Assembly: GCA_964459635.1 (NCBI GenBank)
Contig: CAYWMQ010000005.1
Location: 1 to 51,005, forward strand
DNA from: an uncultured Candidatus Saccharibacteria bacterium
GTDB taxonomy: Bacteria; Patescibacteriota; Minisyncoccia; Phycocordibacterales; UBA12088
DNA length: 51,005 nucleotides
Reading direction: 5' to 3'
Shown: one piece after another, positions 44,612 to 51,005 of the stretch
Numbering within the stretch: position 1 is the first letter of the stretch
How the letters are laid out: each line of letters begins with the position of its first letter
Notes under the pieces: generated by a model
Database searches by the model: none
What the model was told of the DNA's origin: nothing
What the model saw: the letters and a program-made list of their open reading frames with translations, nothing else
Program-made: the position numbers and the translations under genes

Positions 44612-44995
44612 CTACTTCTTCTCCACCTTGCGACGGCCGCTGCCCATCGTCTTTCGAACACCCTTCAGCGTGCGGGCATTTGTTTTGGTGCGCTGGCCTC
44701 GTGCAGGCAGGCGCTTCGTGTGCCTGCTTCCGCGATAGCTTCCGATATCCTTGAGTCGCTTGATGTGCGCACCTACCTCGCGGCGCAGCTCTCCTTCAAT
44801 GAGCATCCCGCCCTCTTCAATGAGCGCGCGTATTTTGTTCTCTTCGTCCGTGGAAAGATCCTTCGCTTTGGCGCCGTGGTCGATGCCCGCCTTGTCGAGT
44901 AGGGTGTGCGCGAGCGGGCGGCCTATGCCGTAGACCGCGGTGAGGCCTATCTCAAGTCGCTTGTTATCGGGGATGGTGATGCCTGCGATACGCAT
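44612..44995 (-). CDS. rpsM: 30S ribosomal protein S13
   Basis: MRIAGITIPDNKRLEIGLTAVYGIG ... SYRGSRH. Start taken at the internal ATG at 44995. Confidence 0.95.
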   Translation of the reverse strand: MRIAGITIPDNKRLEIGLTAVYGIGRPLAHTLLDKAGIDHGAKAKDLSTDEENKIRALIEEGGMLIEGELRREVGAHIKRLKDIGSYRGSRHTKRLPARGQRTKTNARTLKGVRKTMGSGRRKVEKK

Positions 44996-45063
44996 GAACG
45001 TGATGATTATCGGGTGAAATGTGGATGCTACTATTACAGAAAAATGCTCAGAGCACAAGCCGC

Positions 45064-45180
45064 TTACCCTTGACGCTGTTTGTTGCGCGGCTTCTTTTTG
45101 TTTATGACGTACAGCCGACCATGTCGGCGCACAAGTTTATCATCCGGACTTCGTTTCTTGATAGAGGATTTTACTTTCAT
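45064..45180 (-). CDS. rpmJ: 50S ribosomal protein L36, Cys-less (C-minus, YkgO-like) form
   Basis: Not in the ORF track because it is under 60 aa. The manual translation is [38 protein letters not shown]. It sits between infA and rpsM as expected. Confidence 0.85.
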   Translation of the reverse strand: MKVKSSIKKRSPDDKLVRRHGRLYVINKKKPRNKQRQG

Positions 45181-45242
45181 ACGTAAGATGTGCCTGCGGC
45201 TCGGGCGACCCTGGGGACGCATCCGCGGCATGTGTGTTCACC

Positions 45243-45458
45243 CTATAAGCGCTTCACGATGCGGGCCTTGCCGCCATACTCATCAAGCTCAACCTTTACG
45301 GTGTCACCCACGAGTACCTTGATGCGATGCAGGCGCATCTTGCCGGCTAGGTATGTCAGCACCGTCTGGCCGTCCTCTAGAACAACACGAAACAGCGCGT
45401 TCGGGAGCGCCTCTTCGACTATTCCCGTGGCTGTGGGTTTACCGCTTTTTTCCTGCAT
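45243..45458 (-). CDS. infA: translation initiation factor IF-1
   Basis: S1-like fold: [31 protein letters not shown]...GDTVKVEL. Confidence 0.95.
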   Translation of the reverse strand: MQEKSGKPTATGIVEEALPNALFRVVLEDGQTVLTYLAGKMRLHRIKVLVGDTVKVELDEYGGKARIVKRL

Positions 45459-45490
45459 TGAGCGTGGGTACGATGATACCAGAGCGGTAT

Positions 45491-46963
45491 TTATGAGTCA
45501 AGCGATGTGCGTATGGAAATATCGGCGGGGTCATCCGGGAAGCTGCCCTTCCAGAATGGGCGTATGGACGCTTCCGCGCGGTCGATACCGGGGTACGTGG
45601 AAAGGATGCTCGTCTGCGGTGGCTCAAACATTCGTGATTTCTCTTGCCCCGCAATGTCACGTGCGAGCGCGGCCTCGTCAAACTTCCATATAAATAGGGC
45701 CTCGCCACGTATGTTGAGCGTTATGGCTACAGCTTTCCATGGTTCTGAAACGACAGATTCTTCCGCAGAGTCAACTTCTGCCTCGCTGTCCGAGCTCTCC
45801 TCCGCCCCTCTGGCTGTGCCTGTAGCGGAAAGTGGCGAGGCGGTTACCGTTAGATCGTTCGGGTTGTCTATGCGAATAGGGTTGCCGTCGTAGCCTGCAA
45901 TAGTGCGTGTTGCCAAGTACTGCGCAAACTCATCTTCGGAAAGCAGCACCGCATGTATGCGCCCAATCATGCTCAAGGTCACCGCATTGTCTCCGGCAGC
46001 CGCGTCCGCCCCGGGGGTGAGCTCATAGAACACCGCATCACCATAGAGGAGGGTACCCTCCGGCCGTGAACCTTCAGCCACCGCCGCCGCAAGGAGCTCG
46101 TCCTTGAGTGCTGTGCGCATTTCATCGTACGCACGCGTACGCTCAGCCTCGCCTACGGTACGGCGCTCACCCACGAAGCCACCGGATAGTGGACCCGTGG
46201 ACTTCGCGTATATCTTGCCTTCCTGAGGCAAGCCGGCAAGACCGGGCACGGTAAACTCTGTCGCGGGCTTGTTGTACGCCTCTCCCGCCTCTTCCGCAAA
46301 TACGTCCACCTCAACACTGCCCGGCGTGCCGTCCGGCTTGCGCCCGGGCACCACAATGGACTCTCGGATGCGGTAAATTTTACCGTCCGGTGCGGCGAAG
46401 CGTGTATTTTTGATGAGGCGTTGACTAGACTCGCTGAACTCGTTGTAGACGGTGATGCGACCGCGTGCTTGCTCCTCCGCCTGCTCAAGAGAAGATGCCT
46501 GAACTTGTCGTGTTTGTGTGCGCTCCAGTGTGAAGAGATTGTAGCGCAGCTCCCCCGCCTGCGGCTCTGTTGCTGCGGCAATGGACACGTTAACGGTAGT
46601 GCGCTCGTGGCGTGGGTATATGGTGACCGAAGCGCCGTTCCACAGGAGCGAAAGCACAAAGGAAACACCTACTATTACTGCCGCGATACCGAGCGCAAGC
46701 AAGAGCCACGGAGTACCCCTCTGCCGTACATGTGCTATGCGGTGCTGAAGCTGAGGACGCATCGGCGGAGTCTCTTCCTCGTACTCATCGTACCGCGGCG
46801 GTGCGACAGGGCCGCGCGGTCGCTCTATGTCGCGCATGGGCGGCTCGCCGCGCTCTGGCATGTGGTGCGGTGGCAGATCTTCAGGCGCCGGGCGGCGTGC
46901 GCTTTCCCGAGGGGCTCGCGGCTTTACAATAACGTCCTGTAGCGGTGGTTTACGTGTCGCCAT
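45491..46963 (-). CDS. hypothetical single-pass membrane protein (490 aa)
   Basis: Pro/Arg-rich cytoplasmic N-terminus, TM helix [23 protein letters not shown], and a large external domain. No family recognised. Confidence 0.55.
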   Translation of the reverse strand: MATRKPPLQDVIVKPRAPRESARRPAPEDLPPHHMPERGEPPMRDIERPRGPVAPPRYDEYEEETPPMRPQLQHRIAHVRQRGTPWLLLALGIAAVIVGVSFVLSLLWNGASVTIYPRHERTTVNVSIAAATEPQAGELRYNLFTLERTQTRQVQASSLEQAEEQARGRITVYNEFSESSQRLIKNTRFAAPDGKIYRIRESIVVPGRKPDGTPGSVEVDVFAEEAGEAYNKPATEFTVPGLAGLPQEGKIYAKSTGPLSGGFVGERRTVGEAERTRAYDEMRTALKDELLAAAVAEGSRPEGTLLYGDAVFYELTPGADAAAGDNAVTLSMIGRIHAVLLSEDEFAQYLATRTIAGYDGNPIRIDNPNDLTVTASPLSATGTARGAEESSDSEAEVDSAEESVVSEPWKAVAITLNIRGEALFIWKFDEAALARDIAGQEKSRMFEPPQTSILSTYPGIDRAEASIRPFWKGSFPDDPADISIRTSLDS

Positions 46964-47019
46964 AGCTATACGAGTACTATACCACAGAGTAGGATGCGGC
47001 GAGCGCAGACTGTCGATAA

Positions 47020-48192
47020 CTACTGGACAGTGCGCGTGACGCGTACGAGCCCTTGGGCTTCCATGTACATACGAGTGTCCACCTTTGCTGCCGCACCTTG
47101 TATCTCAGGCACAAGCGGCAGTGTGTGAAAGTTGACGGGCGCGCGCAAGCCGGGCTGTTCCCACGCCTCACGCAATACGCTCGTGTACCAAGGCTGCCAC
47201 ACCTTGTCTGTCACGAGTACGGCGTTACGCGGCAAGGTGATCCCCTGCGCAAGCTCAACACAGCTTTCATGGAATGCAGTACGCCATGTGTCCAGAGCGT
47301 TACGCAAACCCTCCGGCAGTTCTTCTGCGGGAGTATTTTTGCCCGCGAGTACGGAAAGCTTGCCCTCCGCCTGTGCGGTGTTCGTAGAGACTGCGCGCGT
47401 GAGGTGATTGCCGCCATACGGGAGTACCACGGAGCGTTGTATGGCACGGTGCTCGATAAGTGAAATGGCGGTCACTTCCCCGCCGGCGTCTACCAGGAGG
47501 AGGCGCATGGATTTTGGCAAGCGTGTGCGCACTATTTCGAAAAAGACGCGGCTTGCCGTGGTGTACGCCACGTGTGCGTTCGGCAGGATCTGTGTGAGCA
47601 CTTCATGCAGTTGGCTCTCCACCTCGGGAGAAACAGCGGAAAACCAAGCCGCGAATGAAAATGAGTTAGCGCGTCGGCCGAGGTATTGCTCTGTAGGGTA
47701 GCCGTTCAGTCGTGTGTCCATGAGGAGTGTTTCGAGTACGCGCGCGTCGTGCATAAGCTCCGTAAACCTTTTGTTTTCGTCCGACGAGCGCATGTGCTCG
47801 AGGAGCGCGGTGGTGCGCTCGCTAATGAGCTCTTTACTGATGAGGATGTTTTCACCTAGTACGGTGTCCCGGTAGGTGGCTCCCAGAAACCAAGGCGCGC
47901 CAAGTATGCACACGGTACGTACATCGCTCATGCGTATACCGTGCTCCTCAATGACGCGAGGTAAGCCCTCCGTGGTGAGTTTCATGCCCGCTTCCACGAG
48001 CGAGGTGAGCATGCTCCGCACAAAGTGGGCGTAGTCTACGTCGTGGACAGTGGCGTGCGGAAGCCGCACGCTCCACAAGAGCTCGGGTGTCGTCTTTCCC
48101 GTGTACACCACCCCCGCCCCGACGCTCGCACTGTCTATGTCAAACACCGCCTGCACCTCTGCAGGTGTGTCGCTGTGTGTGCTGCCAAACAT
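47020..48192 (-). CDS. actin-like ATPase (ASKHA fold), FtsA/PilM-like
   Basis: VFDIDSASVGAGVV (phosphate 1) and LLVDAGGEVTAISLIE...LPYGGNHLTRAV (phosphate 2 and adenosine-like). Start at 48192, 6 nt after TATACT. Confidence 0.5.
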   Translation of the reverse strand: MFGSTHSDTPAEVQAVFDIDSASVGAGVVYTGKTTPELLWSVRLPHATVHDVDYAHFVRSMLTSLVEAGMKLTTEGLPRVIEEHGIRMSDVRTVCILGAPWFLGATYRDTVLGENILISKELISERTTALLEHMRSSDENKRFTELMHDARVLETLLMDTRLNGYPTEQYLGRRANSFSFAAWFSAVSPEVESQLHEVLTQILPNAHVAYTTASRVFFEIVRTRLPKSMRLLLVDAGGEVTAISLIEHRAIQRSVVLPYGGNHLTRAVSTNTAQAEGKLSVLAGKNTPAEELPEGLRNALDTWRTAFHESCVELAQGITLPRNAVLVTDKVWQPWYTSVLREAWEQPGLRAPVNFHTLPLVPEIQGAAAKVDTRMYMEAQGLVRVTRTVQ

Positions 48193-48213
48193 GTACACAG
48201 TATAGCGTGCAAA

Positions 48214-48250
48214 GAGAAGTGAGGAGTGAGAAGTGAGGAGTGAGAAGTGG
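48214..48250. repeat. tandem 14-mer GAGAAGTGAGGAGT x2.6
   Basis: Units at 48214-48227 and 48228-41 are identical, with a partial unit at 48242-48250. On the coding (minus) strand this is a pure C/T/A tract upstream of the FtsA-like -10. Confidence 0.9.
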
Positions 48251-48467
48251 ATAGCGGAATGAGAGAGTGACGAGTAGACGAGGCCCACCTTCGCACAGCG
48301 AGCTACCTGCCTGAGGGTCAGGCAGGTAGCGGGGCGGGCGCTGCGGCTCGCAAAGACGTAGACTTCGCGGCGTTTCTTGGAGGTGTGAGCACGTACAAGT
48401 AGAAGCATTGCCAAGTGCTGTACGAGTTGTAGTATGGAAATAGCAACTTCCTAGAGAGGAGGGTGAC

Positions 48468-48779
48468 ATGGAGTACAAGCTGCAGGTGCGCCTGAGAGAC
48501 GGGCAGCCGCGCACGTTTGTCTTTGACACACTGCCGGAACAGCTTGAGTACGCACATCTGTTATACCACGTCGACGCGGATACCGGAGAGGTCGTCCCCG
48601 TTGCGGTCACGTACTTGGGCAGGCCGCGGCCTAATGAGCTCTTGGTACGCGCGGTCAAGGCGCTCGTACATAGGGACGCGCTCTTCGCGGCGCTGGTACG
48701 AGCGGAAGGAGCGCCGTCGCGGCACATGATGGCTACATCACTGCCGCGCGGCATCGAACTTCCCCGCAAGGAGCGGTAA
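48468..48779 (+). CDS. 103-aa hypothetical protein
   Basis: AGGAGGG lies 4 nt before the ATG, and hairpin 48808-48835 lies downstream. Confidence 0.55.
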   Translation: MEYKLQVRLRDGQPRTFVFDTLPEQLEYAHLLYHVDADTGEVVPVAVTYLGRPRPNELLVRAVKALVHRDALFAALVRAEGAPSRHMMATSLPRGIELPRKER

Positions 48780-48920
48780 GAAGCATGCGGGAGCGACAAC
48801 AGGGATAAGGGCCGATGTGCTTGCACGTCGGCCCTGTGGCATATCGACGATCGCTCTTGCTGACATGTAGCGGTTCAGGGTGTACTCTGGTGCTATTATA
48901 AGGTCACAGGTACATATTTT

Positions 48921-49289
48921 ATGCCCACAAATCATCCACTGGAGAACTTTGACGGCACTATTGAGGGCGCTGCAGCGCACGTGGGGATGCCACCCGAGTC
49001 ATTGGAAAAGCTTACAGGACAGGTAGGCGAGGCCGAGGAATTTTTGGCTTATAGCAAGAATGCAATGACCAGGTTGGGAGACACTATTGCGGACATGTCC
49101 TCTCGCATTTCTTCCATGCCCGCAGGCGATGCCACACGTCTCGCGTTGGAACAGACCTGTGCGACCGTGCAACTAATCCTCGACGGATACAAAGAGCAAG
49201 TTAGAGTCCGCGAGAACCAACTTGAGCAATATCGTGTTCTCGCTCATGGTGTAGAGCCAACACACGAGGCGCCCCAGGCGTTGCAGTAG
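48921..49289 (+). CDS. 122-aa hypothetical helical protein
   Basis: ORF with helical/coiled-coil-like composition. No family recognised. Confidence 0.45.
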   Translation: MPTNHPLENFDGTIEGAAAHVGMPPESLEKLTGQVGEAEEFLAYSKNAMTRLGDTIADMSSRISSMPAGDATRLALEQTCATVQLILDGYKEQVRVRENQLEQYRVLAHGVEPTHEAPQALQ

Positions 49290-49435
49290 ATCTGCAAGTG
49301 GTCGGGAATGCGCTCGAACAATGCTGTGACCACTCTTGTGCTTCGGTAAGCTGCATGAGGTTTCCGGTTGTGTGCAGGTTTCGCGTTTGAGTCGCCCGAA
49401 GAGCGGGTAGTGCTCAGCAGTACACTGCAATGCCA

Positions 49436-49466
49436 AGAAATGCAAACCGCCGACTGAGTCGGCGGT
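49436..49466 (-). terminator. hairpin terminator after the 77-aa gene
   Basis: The minus strand reads ACCGCCGAC-TCA-GTCGGCGGT followed by TTGCATTTCTT. Confidence 0.5.
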
Positions 49467-49495
49467 GCAACGCAACATATCTGACCTACAGGCAG

Positions 49496-49729
49496 TTACA
49501 ACGCGATAACCGCCGGTACAGGCTGAGGCTTTCGGTACACCGCGGCTACGCTCTGCTGTGCCGTCAGGGTATCCAGCAGCGTGTGCGGGACGTCCTCTAA
49601 GAGCAGGAAACTGAGCTCAGCTGTGCCGTAGCTTACGAGTACTCTCAGGCCGTGCTCAAAGCACCAGTCCACCATGTTGCACATATCTTCAACGGTCGGG
49701 GTCTTGATCACCCAATACATCCCGTTCAT
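49496..49729 (-). CDS. 77-aa hypothetical protein
   Basis: This is the distal part of ORF 49496..50218. The ATG at 49729 is preceded by AGGAGAGGGAGAGG. The upstream part of the long ORF is Arg-rich junk overlapping the SemiSWEET frame. Confidence 0.5.
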   Translation of the reverse strand: MNGMYWVIKTPTVEDMCNMVDWCFEHGLRVLVSYGTAELSFLLLEDVPHTLLDTLTAQQSVAAVYRKPQPVPAVIAL

Positions 49730-49800
49730 TACACCTCTCCCTCTCCTTGCTGCGGCTAGCGTACCACGGCAGCCGCTTGGTGTGAATGAGCGACGTGTAG

Positions 49801-50064
49801 TCAGCTCCTCCTGTAAAGGCGCATCTGCACCACCACCGTCCACGACATGAGCGTGCCGAGGGTCATGGGTACGATGAGGACCAGGTCTCGTTGGATCAGT
49901 CCGTATACCACCCAGAACGAGTACGAGATTGCAAGAAGCAGAAAATACGGTCCCGAAAGCCCTTCTACGCTTTTTCGTGCGTGGTTTTTGCGCACCTGCG
50001 CGGTGAGACCAATGCCGGTCACGGCAAGAGAAAGGCAGACGGTGATGACGCCGATGAGTGACAT
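49801..50064 (-). CDS. SemiSWEET / PQ-loop-type three-TM transporter
   Basis: 87 aa with three TM helices. By eye it aligns with bacterial SemiSWEETs (LTAQVRKNHARKSVEGLS ... FWVVYGLIQRDLVLIVPMTLG). The PQ motif reads AQ. Confidence 0.6.
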   Translation of the reverse strand: MSLIGVITVCLSLAVTGIGLTAQVRKNHARKSVEGLSGPYFLLLAISYSFWVVYGLIQRDLVLIVPMTLGTLMSWTVVVQMRLYRRS

Positions 50065-50110
50065 GGGATACGCTGCGCAAGGTATAACCGTTCGTTGCGG
50101 AAGGTAGTTT

Positions 50111-50140
50111 CAAAAAACGGCGCCCTGTGAAGGACGCCGT
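50111..50140 (-). terminator. rho-independent terminator after the FGase-like gene
   Basis: The minus strand reads ACGGCGTCC-TTCACA-GGGCGCCGT followed by TTTTTTG. Confidence 0.7.
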
Positions 50141-50151
50141 CTCGACGTCTA

Positions 50152-50937
50152 CTACTGGTACTGCGCGATGAGGTAGCGCACGAACGCGTGCGCGAGTGCG
50201 GTGCCTCGGGCGCCGCATTCCTTCCTGCGGAAGGAGGAGTGCATTTCAACCTGTATCGCGTTTACCGTGTATTCCTGTGCGTAGTAGCGCGTATTGTGCC
50301 CTGCGCTGTATGGGTCACCGCGCGGATGTACGGGGACTGTGTCTGGCAGAAAAACACTGAAACCCGAGCTGCGTAGCGTGGCGGCAAGTGCGCAGTCCGG
50401 TTCGCCATGGAGGATGGTTGTGCGGTTTCCTGTGCCAAGTATCACGTCGTACCCTCTGGGCGGTGCAATATCGGGCTGACGGCGGAAACCGTGCATGTCT
50501 AGGAAAAGAACATTCTCGCGACCGTATGTTTGTACGGCCTCAGTGAGTGCGTTAGCGAGCTGACTGTGGTAGTGCTCATACACCTCTTTGAGTACAGGGT
50601 CATCAAGGGCTGTCTCTCTCCGCACGCTTTCGTCATACACATGCGTGTGTGGGAGCGGTCTGTTTCCGTCTATGTACGCTCGCGGCATGAGGAGCCGGTA
50701 CGCGTGTATGCGGCAACCCTGCCCTGCGCACGCCATGACAATGTCGTTGATGAGTGGCCAGACGTTTGCGTCGCGGCCATGTATGCCATTTCTGCGGGGC
50801 TCAAATACACCGGTGAAGTCGTTGCCGATGAGGCCATCATGAGGCACGGACACTATAACCCGTGCTGGCTCCCGGTGCGTGAGGGCGAGGGTGAAATTCT
50901 CGTTTACTACCGTGAGTCCATGCGCTGCGCGTAGCAT
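50152..50937 (-). CDS. N-formylglutamate amidohydrolase (FGase, PF05013-like) family protein
   Basis: VSVPHDGL near the N-terminus and LFLDMHGF in mid-protein, at about 260 aa. Confidence 0.55.
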   Translation of the reverse strand: MLRAAHGLTVVNENFTLALTHREPARVIVSVPHDGLIGNDFTGVFEPRRNGIHGRDANVWPLINDIVMACAGQGCRIHAYRLLMPRAYIDGNRPLPHTHVYDESVRRETALDDPVLKEVYEHYHSQLANALTEAVQTYGRENVLFLDMHGFRRQPDIAPPRGYDVILGTGNRTTILHGEPDCALAATLRSSGFSVFLPDTVPVHPRGDPYSAGHNTRYYAQEYTVNAIQVEMHSSFRRKECGARGTALAHAFVRYLIAQYQ

Positions 50938-51005
50938 GGGGCGTCTCCTCTTGGTTGGTGGGGTCGCTCCGTCGGACGCAGCACACGGAACGCTACTGCG
51001 TATCA

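Noticed and set aside
49730-50218. The upstream 160 codons or so of the 240-aa minus-strand ORF 49496..50218.
   Set aside because: The translation is extremely Arg/His/Pro-rich (MRRPRHRTRARVRALPHR...). It overlaps the well-formed SemiSWEET frame and the FGase terminator. Only the distal 77 codons, which have a strong SD, look real.
1-51005. A search of the whole window for mobile elements, prophage, integrases, toxin-antitoxin pairs, restriction-modification genes or cas genes.
   Set aside because: None of the translated ORFs shows transposase DDE, recombinase, terminase, capsid, methyltransferase or Cas signatures that I can recognise. The only defence-flavoured hints are the ParB-like module and the caspase-like orphan, both reported as findings.

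Overview
This is a gene-dense chromosomal segment of about 60 CDS, GC-rich in coding regions with short AT-rich spacers. I found no rRNA, tRNA, CRISPR array, transposase or integrase.

The content is mostly housekeeping:
- Scattered cell-wall and division genes: murI, murD, murC, murG, ftsW, mraY, a D-Ala-D-Ala carboxypeptidase, an M23 peptidase and an SLT-like lysozyme.
- scpA and scpB.
- Aminoacyl-tRNA synthetases: gltX, an archaeal-type aspS, and trpS.
- pgi plus a ROK kinase.
- The grpE-dnaK-dnaJ operon.
- The distal ribosomal operon infA-rpmJ-rpsM-rpsK-rpsD-rpoA-rplQ, running directly into rplM-rpsI.

Gene content and order suggest a Patescibacteria/CPR-like (Parcubacteria-type) genome. 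The supporting features are the short PGI, archaeal-type AspRS, a LOG protein, a T4SS-pilin-like miniprotein and many orphan small membrane proteins. This is inference only.

Accessory-looking stretches lie at about 25.8-36.4 kb and 48.4-50.9 kb. They hold:
- An orphan 604-aa protein with a caspase-like (clan CD) His/Cys signature.
- An orphan histidine kinase translationally coupled to a Cys-rich exported protein.
- A DUF2156 (MprF synthase-like) plus EamA pair.
- A ParB/Srx-like DGHHR protein with two unknown partners.
- A peptidoglycan-binding protein with a polyacidic tail.
- Several self-contained orphan minigenes.

I recognise no canonical defence or mobile system.

The most unusual signals are non-coding:
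1. At least 12 genes carry a TAnnnT box only 6-8 nt upstream of the start codon, which is leaderless geometry.
2. At least three families of dispersed AT-rich, imperfectly palindromic word-repeat elements fill the spacers inside operons. Some of these words run into coding sequence (murC, grpE).
3. Several housekeeping genes have G-depleted tandem-word leaders that abut the start codon.
4. A GC-rich stretch of about 340-575 bp with no ORF sits at a point of convergent transcription.

All calls come from reading the sequence and translations by eye. No searches were run.
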